DNA of 58,684 bases, taken from positions 1 through 58,684 of the forward strand of contig JAZOQX010000074.1 in the NCBI GenBank assembly GCA_045656325.1. The letters run 5' to 3'. Origin of the DNA: Eubacteriales bacterium. GTDB taxonomy: Bacteria; Bacillota; Clostridia; Oscillospirales; CAG-272. This document shows, piece after piece, positions 44,029-54,203 of this stretch. The translations under genes and the position numbers were made by a program. The notes beneath the pieces were generated by a model. The model worked only from the letters and a program-made list of their open reading frames with translations. It searched no databases and had not been told where the DNA came from. How positions within the stretch are numbered: position 1 is the first letter of the stretch; every line of letters begins with the position of its first letter.

Positions 44029-44724
44029 ATGTGGAACGGAAAAAACAAGGCGCTGACCATCAGCATGGACGACGGTGTTTTGCAGGACAAGCGCTTCATC
44101 AAGCTGCTCAACCGTTACGGTCTGAAGGCAACCTTTAACATCAATTCCGAGCTGCTTGGCAACAGCAACACCGTTTGGTTTCAGGAAAGAATTTCGGTTG
44201 CCCATTGCAAATTCCGTCCCGAGGAGGTTCGCTCGGTTTACGAGGGACACGAAATCGCGGGACATACGCTCAAGCATCCGCGTCTGACCAAATTGGAGGA
44301 CGACGAGGTGATCCGTCAGGTAGAGGAGGACCGTCTGCGTCTTTCGGAGCTTGCGGGCTATGAGGTGGTAGGCTTCGCCTACCCCTGCGGCGGTGTCAAC
44401 TACGACAGCCGTGTTTCCGGGCTGATTCGAAGCCACACGGGAGCCAAGTACGCAAGAACCATCGCGTCGAACCAAAGCTTTGATCTGCAGGACAACCTCT
44501 TCGAGTTCAAGCCCACCTGCCATATGATCCGCTTTGACGATGCCTTTGCCCGCGCCGAGGAGTTCTTGGATCTGACTCCCGAAACACCGAAGCTCTTCTA
44601 TATTTGGGGTCATTCCTACGAATTTGATATTGAGGACACGTGGGACAAGGTGGAGGAGCTCTTCCGCTTGATCTCGGCAAGGAACGATATCTTTTACGGC
44701 ACCAACAAGGAAATTCTCTTATAA
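44029..44724 (+). CDS. Polysaccharide deacetylase (CE4/NodB homology domain)
   Basis: SMDDG (TFDDG-like) and GHTLKHP (HxxxH) metal-binding motifs. 6 nt after uxaC. Confidence 0.75.
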   Translation: MWNGKNKALTISMDDGVLQDKRFIKLLNRYGLKATFNINSELLGNSNTVWFQERISVAHCKFRPEEVRSVYEGHEIAGHTLKHPRLTKLEDDEVIRQVEEDRLRLSELAGYEVVGFAYPCGGVNYDSRVSGLIRSHTGAKYARTIASNQSFDLQDNLFEFKPTCHMIRFDDAFARAEEFLDLTPETPKLFYIWGHSYEFDIEDTWDKVEELFRLISARNDIFYGTNKEILL

Positions 44725-44725
44725 T

Positions 44726-44762
44726 AAAAAAGAACCAAGTTCATTGAACTTGGTTCTTTTTT
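44726..44762. terminator. Bidirectional terminator
   Basis: AAAAAGAACCAAGTTCA-t-TGAACTTGGTTCTTTTTT. Confidence 0.8.
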
Positions 44763-44765
44763 ATC

Positions 44766-46070
44766 TTACAGCTTCTTCAAAAGCTTGTCTGCCACCTCGA
44801 CCATACGGTCGCCCGCATCGGGAGACAGAGAGGAATTGTAACGGGAAAGCTTGGACTCGTAGACCCCTGCACTGAAGGCAGGCTCCGAAACCACGTAGCC
44901 GACGGTACCTCCCGCCAGCTCCACGACCATGCTCTGCTCAAATCCGCTTCGCTCCTTGATCCTCTGACCGATGTCGCAGAAGATCTCACCGGGAAGCGCC
45001 ACCAGCGCGCTCTCACCCATACGGAGCACCTGCACCTCTACGTTCTCAAAGAACTTGGGGTGATCGCAAATATCCTTCAGCTCTCTGGCATACACGATAT
45101 CGTGACGCTCTGGCTCAGCCTCGGCAAGCACTCTCTTGCTGAACGCAATATCCTCCTCGGTGGGCTGACGGCGCTTTGCGCGGAACACCTTAGCCTCTAC
45201 GCCAAGCTCTGCGCTCTCTACCGTGCGAAGCTCCTCGTCGTGAATACGGAGGACCTCCTTTGCCAGAGTTTCTCCCATGGTAACGTAATGATCTGCGGGA
45301 TACTTATACCCCGCCATTCTCTTATACGCGTCAATATGATTGATATTTCCCGCACATCCGTTGAGGAAGGCTACCACGCTGTCCTTGCCGAACCGTTCCT
45401 TGAGGATACGACGCATCACACCGGGATAGTCTGCGCAGAACTCGTGTCCGCCCACCACGTCGGGGTGACAAGCGAAGTTGACGATCTGACCCACGGTCTT
45501 ACCCGTCTCGTCGTCAAAGCGAAGCACCTCTACACTGTAATCAATATCATACATGGGACGCATGGTGGCAGGGTCGGTTCCCACCTTGGGGTTGGTTGCC
45601 GCACTACCGTCCGCCGCAAAGAAGTTGCGGCAGAAGCTGATTCCCCTCTGCTCACCCGTTCCCCGCTTCATGGTGACGGGAACGCGGTTCTCATACGCCT
45701 CGATACCCGCCTCCACGCAAAGATCCTCCAGACGCTTCATCACGCGGGTGTTTTTTTTCACGCAAAAGCCCGTATAGTTGGTGGCATGGCTGGTGTGGGC
45801 ATGAGTCGCCGCCAGCAAGACCGCCTTCTCCTCAATGCCGATCGCCTCCGAGAGACGGCGGCGCACCGCATTGGAAAAGGACGAGACAAAGTCCAGAATA
45901 TCAATGGAAAAGATCGCCAAAAGCTTCTCTCCGTTATCCAGAACGATCGCCTGCGCGTAAAGATCATCCTTCACTGCCGTGGATTTTCTTGTTCCGAAAT
46001 AACCGGGCATATCCACGCCAAGAGCGGGAGTGGAAATCCGCTCAGCGACTCCGCAAAGTAACTGCTTCAT
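44766..46070 (-). CDS. Neutral/alkaline ceramidase-like N-terminal domain protein (uncharacterised hydrolase)
   Basis: N-terminus LLCGVAERISTPALGVDMPGYFGTRKSTAVKDDLYAQAIVL fits the bacterial ceramidase-like pattern. 434 aa. Confidence 0.55.
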   Translation of the reverse strand: MKQLLCGVAERISTPALGVDMPGYFGTRKSTAVKDDLYAQAIVLDNGEKLLAIFSIDILDFVSSFSNAVRRRLSEAIGIEEKAVLLAATHAHTSHATNYTGFCVKKNTRVMKRLEDLCVEAGIEAYENRVPVTMKRGTGEQRGISFCRNFFAADGSAATNPKVGTDPATMRPMYDIDYSVEVLRFDDETGKTVGQIVNFACHPDVVGGHEFCADYPGVMRRILKERFGKDSVVAFLNGCAGNINHIDAYKRMAGYKYPADHYVTMGETLAKEVLRIHDEELRTVESAELGVEAKVFRAKRRQPTEEDIAFSKRVLAEAEPERHDIVYARELKDICDHPKFFENVEVQVLRMGESALVALPGEIFCDIGQRIKERSGFEQSMVVELAGGTVGYVVSEPAFSAGVYESKLSRYNSSLSPDAGDRMVEVADKLLKKL

Positions 46071-46106
46071 AACATAAACTCCTTATCGCGAAATATAGAC
46101 ATTTTT

Positions 46107-46135
46107 ATTATAGCACACCTCTCCCAAAAAAGCAA
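46107..46135 (-). promoter_or_regulatory. Putative promoter for the ceramidase-like gene
   Basis: Minus strand reads TTGCTT, a 17-nt spacer, then TGcTATAAT. The -35 element overlaps the upstream terminator stem. Confidence 0.45.
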
Positions 46136-46161
46136 GGACTTACCGAAAGATGAGTCCTTGC
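46125..46161 (-). terminator. Terminator of the arabinose operon
   Basis: GCAAGGACT-12 nt-AGTCCTTGC followed on the minus strand by UUUUUU. Confidence 0.75.
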
Positions 46162-46171
46162 TCCTGTATAT

Positions 46172-47728
46172 TTACGAATTTAGAAGCTCTGCGCTGGTTT
46201 TCTCGACGGGAAGCATCATGCGATAACGCCTCATGAAGTCGGAAAAGCTCTTCTTTTCCGCTTCGTCTGCCGAAACCGTAACACATTCGGCATCGCCAAA
46301 AATACGCGTAAGGAATGCATCCGCGTCCTTCTCGCCCAAGGCGGTCATCAGCGCTAGAAGTCCGATTCCCCATGCGCCGCCCTCGCCCGCGTTTTTCATA
46401 ACCGAGATGGGCGCGCCGATTGCCGCCGACATAGCGCTCTGCGGAACGGCACCCGCCATAAAGAAGCCGCCGTGACCCATGACCGAATCAAGGGTCACAT
46501 TCTCCTTTCGGAGAATCTCCATACCGATGGAAAGCGAACCGAGGGCGGAATAAATCTGCGCCTTCATCAGGTTTGCCAGATTCAGCTTACCTTCTCTGCC
46601 TCTGACGAGAAGGGGCGCACCGCTCTCGCAACCCACGATATGCTCACCTACACGAAAATTATACGCAACCAAACCGCCCACGTCTGCGTCCGCCTCTTTG
46701 GAAATCTCGTAGAGTCGGTCAAAGAGCGCGCCGCGGCTGATCTGTCCGCCGCCAAGTCGGATCGCCTCATGAAGCAAATCCACCCATCCGTTAAATTCGG
46801 GTGTAAAATTGCCCACGTGGATCATGGCAACGGGATCGCCCACGGGGGTGGTGACTACGTCAATCTCCTCGTAAGCCCGGGTTAGATCCTTTTCCATGAC
46901 TGCCATGAGGAACGCCGAGGTTCCTGCCGACACGTTGGCGGTGCGGGGACGGATGCTGTTGGTGGCGATCATGCCCGTACCCGCGTCTCCCTCGGGGGGA
47001 CAGAGCGCGCAGCCCGCCTGCAGTTTTCCCGTAGGATCCAGAAGCTTGGCGCCCGCCTCGGTCAAATAACCTGCCACGTCGCCCGCCTTGAGAATCGCGG
47101 GAAGCAGGCTCTCAAAATTCACGCAGCAACCGTGAGAGGCAAGCTTTTCGTTCATGGCCTTCATCATACGGGCTGAATATTGACCGTTTTCCAAGGGGAA
47201 CATTCCCGACGCGTCGCCCACACCCAGCACTCTCTGACCCGAAAGGAGATAATGCACGTAGCCCGCCAGCGTATTCAGATGCGCTACGTCCTTGACGTGG
47301 GACTCCTTCGAAAGAACCGCCTCGTAGAAGTGGGACACGCTCCAGCGCATAGGCACGTTAAAGGCAAACGCCTCCGACAGCTCTGCCGCCGCGCGGGCGG
47401 TGGTGGTATTCTGCCACGTGCGGAAGGGTACCAAAAGCCTATCGTCCCTATCAAAGGCAAGGTAGCCGTGCATCATGGCGGAGATACCGATGGCATCCAC
47501 GCGAGAAAGCGTTTCGTTCGTTTTCTTTTGATAATCCGCGGCAAGGGCGGCATAGCTTGCCTGCAGACCCGAAATGATTTCGGATTCCTCGTAGCTCCAA
47601 AATCCGTCCGTAAGACTGCTTGCCCATTCATAAGAACCGCTTGCGACTACCGCCGCCGTCTCGTCCACCAAAACCGCCTTGATTCTTGTGGATCCGAATT
47701 CGATTCCTATAACCTTTGTTTTTTCCAT
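46172..47728 (-). CDS. FGGY-family carbohydrate kinase, probably ribulokinase by context
   Basis: MEKTKVIGIEFGSTRIKAVLVD (FGGY N-terminal phosphate-1 motif). 518 aa. Last gene of the araA/abfA operon. Confidence 0.75.
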   Translation of the reverse strand: MEKTKVIGIEFGSTRIKAVLVDETAAVVASGSYEWASSLTDGFWSYEESEIISGLQASYAALAADYQKKTNETLSRVDAIGISAMMHGYLAFDRDDRLLVPFRTWQNTTTARAAAELSEAFAFNVPMRWSVSHFYEAVLSKESHVKDVAHLNTLAGYVHYLLSGQRVLGVGDASGMFPLENGQYSARMMKAMNEKLASHGCCVNFESLLPAILKAGDVAGYLTEAGAKLLDPTGKLQAGCALCPPEGDAGTGMIATNSIRPRTANVSAGTSAFLMAVMEKDLTRAYEEIDVVTTPVGDPVAMIHVGNFTPEFNGWVDLLHEAIRLGGGQISRGALFDRLYEISKEADADVGGLVAYNFRVGEHIVGCESGAPLLVRGREGKLNLANLMKAQIYSALGSLSIGMEILRKENVTLDSVMGHGGFFMAGAVPQSAMSAAIGAPISVMKNAGEGGAWGIGLLALMTALGEKDADAFLTRIFGDAECVTVSADEAEKKSFSDFMRRYRMMLPVEKTSAELLNS

Positions 47729-47741
47729 ATCGTTGCTCTCC

Positions 47742-49247
<1,506 letters not shown>

Positions 49248-50720
49248 TTACCTCAGCTTCCATGCAAGGTCGGAGAGCAGGAGCTTTTCCTCCAAGCCCT
49301 CGGGTGTGGTATCCTTCGTAATATGTACAAATTCAATCTCCATCATGTTGGCGAAATCACGCATCTGCTCCGCGCTTACGTCGTAGGACAGAACCGTATG
49401 GTGAGCGCCGCCTGCCGCGATCCAGCACTCCACGCCCGTGAGAAGATCGGGAGCAGGCTTCCACATAACACGCGCCACGGGAAGATTGGGCATCTCCATA
49501 ATGGGCTTGATGCACTCAATATCCTGACAGATCAAGCGCATCCGTCCGCCCACGTCAACGAGACTGACCACGATTCCCTCTCCTGCCTTCCCCTCAAATA
49601 CCAAGCGGGCAGGATCCTTTTCATTCATGCCGATACCAAGATGGTGTGTCTCGATTCTCGGTCTGGTACCCGCAAGGCTGGGACAAACCTCCAGCATATG
49701 CGCGCCGAGGCTGTAATTCCTGCCCTCCTCCAAGTGGTAGGTATAGTCCTCCATAAAGGCGGAGGCGCCGTTTCCGTTTTCGCCCATTGCCTTCATAATG
49801 GCGGTCATGGCAGCAACCTTCCAGTCTCCCTCTCCGCCGTAGCCGTATCCCAAGGACATCAAATGCTGGGAAGCAAGACCGGGAAGCTGCTCCATGCCGT
49901 AAAGATCCTGAAAGGTATTGGTGTAAGCAATACAGCCCTCGCGATCCAGCATCTTTTTCATGGCGATCTCTTCCCTTGCCTGATAACGAATCGCGTCTAC
50001 GTTGTCGGTGGCAATATCGTAATCTCTCGTGTAATCCGCCATCAACGCATCGATCTCGACCTCGGTGACCGCGTTCATTTCCTTCACAAGGTCGCCAACC
50101 GCCCATGTATTGACCTGCCAGCCAAGCTTGATCTGCGCCTCTACCTTGTCGCCCTCGGTGACGGCGACCTCACGCATATTGTCGCCAAAGCGCATGACCT
50201 TCAGCTCACGGGACACCGCAACGCCGACGGCGGCTCTCATCCAAGAACCAAGTCTCTTGAGTACCGTTTCATCCGACCAGTAGCCCGCGATCACCTTGCG
50301 GGGCAGACGCAGACGCGCGCCGATAAAGCCATGCTCACGGTCGCCGTGCGCCGCCTGATTGAGGTTCATGAAATCCATGTCGATCTCCTCGTTGGGGATC
50401 TCTCGGTTGTACTGGGTTGCCAAGTGACAATAGGGCTTCTGCAAGAGAGACAGTCCGTTGATCCACATTTTGGAAGGGGAGAAGGTGTGACACCAAGTAA
50501 TGATACCCGCGCAGCACTCGTCATAATTCGCCTCTCGGATCACCCTCGTGACCTCCTCGTTGCTCTTGGCAGTTCCCTTATATACCAGCGTATAGGGAAG
50601 ATATCCGCTTCCGTTCATTTTTTCGGTCATTTCCTCGGCGCGCTCGGATACCGTTTTCAACACGTCGTCTCCGTAAAGGCACTGGCTTCCTACCAACAAC
50701 CAAAATTCTCTTTTTTTCAT
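49248..50720 (-). CDS. araA: L-arabinose isomerase
   Basis: MKKREFWLLVGSQCLYGDDVL..., 490 aa, typical AraA length and N-terminus. Confidence 0.9.
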   Translation of the reverse strand: MKKREFWLLVGSQCLYGDDVLKTVSERAEEMTEKMNGSGYLPYTLVYKGTAKSNEEVTRVIREANYDECCAGIITWCHTFSPSKMWINGLSLLQKPYCHLATQYNREIPNEEIDMDFMNLNQAAHGDREHGFIGARLRLPRKVIAGYWSDETVLKRLGSWMRAAVGVAVSRELKVMRFGDNMREVAVTEGDKVEAQIKLGWQVNTWAVGDLVKEMNAVTEVEIDALMADYTRDYDIATDNVDAIRYQAREEIAMKKMLDREGCIAYTNTFQDLYGMEQLPGLASQHLMSLGYGYGGEGDWKVAAMTAIMKAMGENGNGASAFMEDYTYHLEEGRNYSLGAHMLEVCPSLAGTRPRIETHHLGIGMNEKDPARLVFEGKAGEGIVVSLVDVGGRMRLICQDIECIKPIMEMPNLPVARVMWKPAPDLLTGVECWIAAGGAHHTVLSYDVSAEQMRDFANMMEIEFVHITKDTTPEGLEEKLLLSDLAWKLR

Positions 50721-50735
50721 TGCTTCTTCTCCTTT

Positions 50736-52241
50736 TTATTGATGAGTTTTATCGGTTTTCGCGCCGTCGTCGCGATATTTTTTCGCATTGAGCTGCATTT
50801 CATCTACGGTTTTTTCACGAATCCGTGCCGCCCCTTGATAGTCTCTTTTCTTAGTGATAAAGGTTCCGTTTTCCCGTCTCTCTGCCATTCTCTCCTTGGC
50901 TTTTTCAATTTCATCGGCATACTGGGGCAGCCACTCGGCTTCCTCAATCAGATATTCATCCACCATCTGGTCAATCTCTGCCGTGGTGCATACCGCGCCC
51001 GTCAAGGGATCCATCATCATGGCTTGAACCAACAGCGCGCGGTCACCCGCTACTGCCGCCTCGACGGAAAGTCTCTGTACCCAAGAGGACTGGGAGCAGA
51101 CCGCGGCGCATCCCAAGGGAAGCTCGCCCACCTTTGGAATATTGACACCGTTTCGATCCACGTAGCCGGGAACCTCTACCACACATTCATACGGCAGGTT
51201 GGTGATCGTCCCCTCGTTCATCACGTTGAAATGTCCTCGGTATACCCTGCCCGTTTCCAAGCCTTCAATGATATAAGAGCCATGCTCCTGAGAGCGCTTT
51301 TCGGGAATGAATTGATTGGCAGGCTCTGCCATCCAGTTGGGAAAATCGGTTTCAAACCAGTTCCGCGTCTCGCGGCACTGACGGAGATAGCCGCCCGTCT
51401 CACCGTTGGACCAGCCGAACTCATGATCCAGCCAGTTGGGGATATCCTCGGGATTCTTTCGGTACCACGCCACGTATTCCGACAGATGTCCGTTGGATTC
51501 GGTGGAATAATACCCAAAACGGCGAAGCATATCGATCCGAACCTTTTCCTTACGGGAAAGCATGGGATCGTTTTCATACGCCGAGAGAATCTTGCCCGTC
51601 AGATCTTCTCCCTCATGCTTGACGCTGATGTACCACGTCTGATGATTCAGACCCGCGCAGATGATATCCACGTCCTTTTGCTCATACCCCAAGGCCTTGG
51701 CGATCTGTCTGTGACCGCTTTGAACGCCGTGGCAAAGACCCAGTGTGGGAACCTTTCCGTATTTATTTGCCGCCCACGTCAGCATCGCATTGGGATTGGA
51801 ATAGTTCAGCATCATACAATTCGGCTTCGCCACCTCACGAATGTCACGGCAGAAATCCAGAATGGCGGCAATTCCTCTCTGTCCGTACATAATGCCGCCA
51901 CAGGCTAACGTATCGCCCACACACTGATCTACACCATACCGCAGACCTACCTCGATATCCTTTTCAAAGGCTTCCAGCATACCGATCCGCACCATGTTGA
52001 TCACATACGATGCGTCCTTGAATGCCTCTCGACGGTCCAACGTCTTATGGATCTTGATCTTTAAGCCGTTTGCATCAATATCCCGTTGACAGAGCTGGTA
52101 CACCATATCCAGATTTTGGGGATTGATATCGGTAAACGAGATCTCCACGTCGGAAAATTCGGGAACGGTCAAAATATCCGAAAGAAGTCTTCGGGTAAAG
52201 CCAACGCTTCCCGCACCGATAAACGCAATCTTGAAACTCAT
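50736..52241 (-). CDS. GH4 family NAD-dependent glycosidase (alpha-galactosidase/alpha-glucosidase type)
   Basis: MSFKIAFIGAGSVGFTRRL Rossmann motif and LCHGV / GLNHQTW motifs. It carries a C-terminal extension of ~50 aa. Confidence 0.85.
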   Translation of the reverse strand: MSFKIAFIGAGSVGFTRRLLSDILTVPEFSDVEISFTDINPQNLDMVYQLCQRDIDANGLKIKIHKTLDRREAFKDASYVINMVRIGMLEAFEKDIEVGLRYGVDQCVGDTLACGGIMYGQRGIAAILDFCRDIREVAKPNCMMLNYSNPNAMLTWAANKYGKVPTLGLCHGVQSGHRQIAKALGYEQKDVDIICAGLNHQTWYISVKHEGEDLTGKILSAYENDPMLSRKEKVRIDMLRRFGYYSTESNGHLSEYVAWYRKNPEDIPNWLDHEFGWSNGETGGYLRQCRETRNWFETDFPNWMAEPANQFIPEKRSQEHGSYIIEGLETGRVYRGHFNVMNEGTITNLPYECVVEVPGYVDRNGVNIPKVGELPLGCAAVCSQSSWVQRLSVEAAVAGDRALLVQAMMMDPLTGAVCTTAEIDQMVDEYLIEEAEWLPQYADEIEKAKERMAERRENGTFITKKRDYQGAARIREKTVDEMQLNAKKYRDDGAKTDKTHQ

Positions 52242-52336
52242 AGCTAAAAACCTCCGATAGTTAAGATTGGACGGTCGTCCTATGTTTTATCGTACCCCTC
52301 TTCTCACCTTTTTTCAAGAATTTTGTTGACATAATA

Positions 52337-52365
52337 TAGACAGTTTTTCACATTTGTGTTATAAT
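52337..52365 (+). promoter_or_regulatory. Putative promoter of the AraC-family regulator
   Basis: TAGACA, a 17-nt spacer, then TGtTATAAT. Confidence 0.5.
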
Positions 52366-52394
52366 GAAGCAAACAACCATACCGAGAGGTTTTT

Positions 52395-53258
52395 ATGAAA
52401 AGCAAACTTGAGAAGCGGGTTTTCTTTGACAAAGCCCACGTTTACCCCTGCAAATACAAAAATTTGAACAATATTCCCCACTGGCACACCGAATATGAGC
52501 TGATCTTTGTCGAGTCGGGAACGGTCACGGTCACGGCGGATGGCAATCTATTCACATTGACCGAGGGCATGAGCCTCTTTCTCCATCAAGGCACCGTTCA
52601 TAGCATCTTCTCCGCCGCCGATGCGGTGACGGTGGTTATCAAGGCGGAGGGAACCTACTTTGAAGCCCTGTTCGGGCGAAAAAAATTAGTCTCTCCTCTC
52701 TTGTCAAAGGACTATGGCTTTGCCGCGTATATGGAGGAGCTTTTCGGAGAATCGGCAAAAAGGGATGAGTATAGCGGGCTTCTTGCGGACAGCATCACCA
52801 CCCGTCTCTTTGCCCATATTCTTCGAGGTGAGCCAATCGAGGAGATCTCTCGGGAGGATTCCTCCTCCGCGGAGCGTTATAAGCTGCTTCTTGAGCAGAT
52901 CGCGGAGAATTACGCCTACGTCACCTTTGAGGATGCAGCAGATTTCATGCATTTCAGCCGTCCCTACTTTTCAAAATATTTTTTGGAGCGTACGGGAATG
53001 ACCTTTACCCGTTATCTGAATACCGTTCGTATCTCCTGCGCGGTGGAGCGGATCAAAAAGGGCGAGGGGACCATGACCGAAATCTCTCGGAGCTGCGGCT
53101 TCAACACCATTCGCAATTTCAATCGCGTCTTTAAGGAATTTACGGGATATTCCCCAAGAAGCCTTCCGAAATCCTATCGCTTCGTCCACGAAATGAAGGA
53201 CTATACCGATAAAGGCTTCGACCCCACGCTTTCCGTCACCTCGGTGGTAAGAACGTAA
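52395..53258 (+). CDS. AraC-family transcriptional regulator (cupin + HTH)
   Basis: N-terminal cupin (HWHTEYELIFVESG) and C-terminal AraC HTH (ISRSCGFNTIRNFNRVFKEFTGYSP). Divergent from the arabinose operon. Confidence 0.88.
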   Translation: MKSKLEKRVFFDKAHVYPCKYKNLNNIPHWHTEYELIFVESGTVTVTADGNLFTLTEGMSLFLHQGTVHSIFSAADAVTVVIKAEGTYFEALFGRKKLVSPLLSKDYGFAAYMEELFGESAKRDEYSGLLADSITTRLFAHILRGEPIEEISREDSSSAERYKLLLEQIAENYAYVTFEDAADFMHFSRPYFSKYFLERTGMTFTRYLNTVRISCAVERIKKGEGTMTEISRSCGFNTIRNFNRVFKEFTGYSPRSLPKSYRFVHEMKDYTDKGFDPTLSVTSVVRT

Positions 53259-53276
53259 GCACTTGACGCTCGCGTA

Positions 53277-53330
53277 TTGACAAGATTTTTCACGTATGAT
53301 ATATTGACAAGATTTTTCACGTATGATATA
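53277..53330 (+). repeat. Perfect 27-bp tandem duplication that generates two in-phase consensus promoters
   Basis: TTGACAAGATTTTTCACGTATGATATA occurs twice. Copy 1 reads TTGACA-17-TATATT. Copy 2 reads TTGACA-17-TATAAT (the -10 ends at 53332). Confidence 0.9.
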
Positions 53331-53363
53331 ATGAATTGAAGAAAATATTTGGAGGCTTGTGAT

Positions 53364-54158
53364 ATGGATATTATTTTATTTTGCGGTCAGAGCAATATGC
53401 AGGGACAGAGCGAGCGGCTCACCTCGACGGAAATCATCGAGGGAGCTTATGAGTACCGCCTGCTGACCGATACGGTCAAGCCCCTTGCCAATCCCGTGGG
53501 AGAAAGCGTCCGATATGACGGAAGCGAAGGCTACGTATGTCGGGAAAAGAAGGAGATTCCCCTTTGGCTGACCGAGCACGTGCTGGGAGGCTCGTCGGGC
53601 GGACACACCAATCTGGTGCCCGAATTTTGCCGCGCCTATCGCAAGGAATGCGGCAAGGAGGTGCTGGCGGTTCATGCCGCTAAGGGTAGCACCAAAATCG
53701 CCGAGTGGTTACCGGGAACATCGGGATATGAAATGATCGTCAAAAAGGCGAGGGCGGCAATCTCCAAGATCGAGGGAACCCATGAAAAGGGCAAGATCCT
53801 TTTGGCTTGGCTGCAGGGCGAAAGCGATGCCATCGTCGGAAACAGCACGGAATACTATAAGGAAAAGCTTTCCGAGCTGTTCGGGGCCTTGAAAAAGGAC
53901 GTGGGTGTGGAGAAGTTCGGAGTAATCCGCGTGGGACGCTTTGTGGGCGACGAAAAAGACGACGCCATTATCCGCGCGCAGGACGAGATCTGCGAGGAGC
54001 ACCCCGATTTTATCATGCTGACCAGAATCGCCACCGAGCTGAACACCATCCCCGAATATATGAACCCCTTTGTCCGAGGTCATTACAGCGCTACGGGTCT
54101 TGAAAAGCTGGGCGCAGCCGCAGGCGAGACCTTGGGAAGCTGGAGAAAAAACAGCTGA
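53364..54158 (+). CDS. DUF303/sialate O-acetylesterase-like carbohydrate esterase
   Basis: MDIILFCGQSNMQGQ is the characteristic GQSNM active-site motif. GGAGG lies 8 nt upstream of ATG 53364. Confidence 0.78.
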   Translation: MDIILFCGQSNMQGQSERLTSTEIIEGAYEYRLLTDTVKPLANPVGESVRYDGSEGYVCREKKEIPLWLTEHVLGGSSGGHTNLVPEFCRAYRKECGKEVLAVHAAKGSTKIAEWLPGTSGYEMIVKKARAAISKIEGTHEKGKILLAWLQGESDAIVGNSTEYYKEKLSELFGALKKDVGVEKFGVIRVGRFVGDEKDDAIIRAQDEICEEHPDFIMLTRIATELNTIPEYMNPFVRGHYSATGLEKLGAAAGETLGSWRKNS

Positions 54159-54203
54159 AGCATCCCCCAAAAATCCCACCACCTATGAGATAAGGAGGAT
54201 TCT

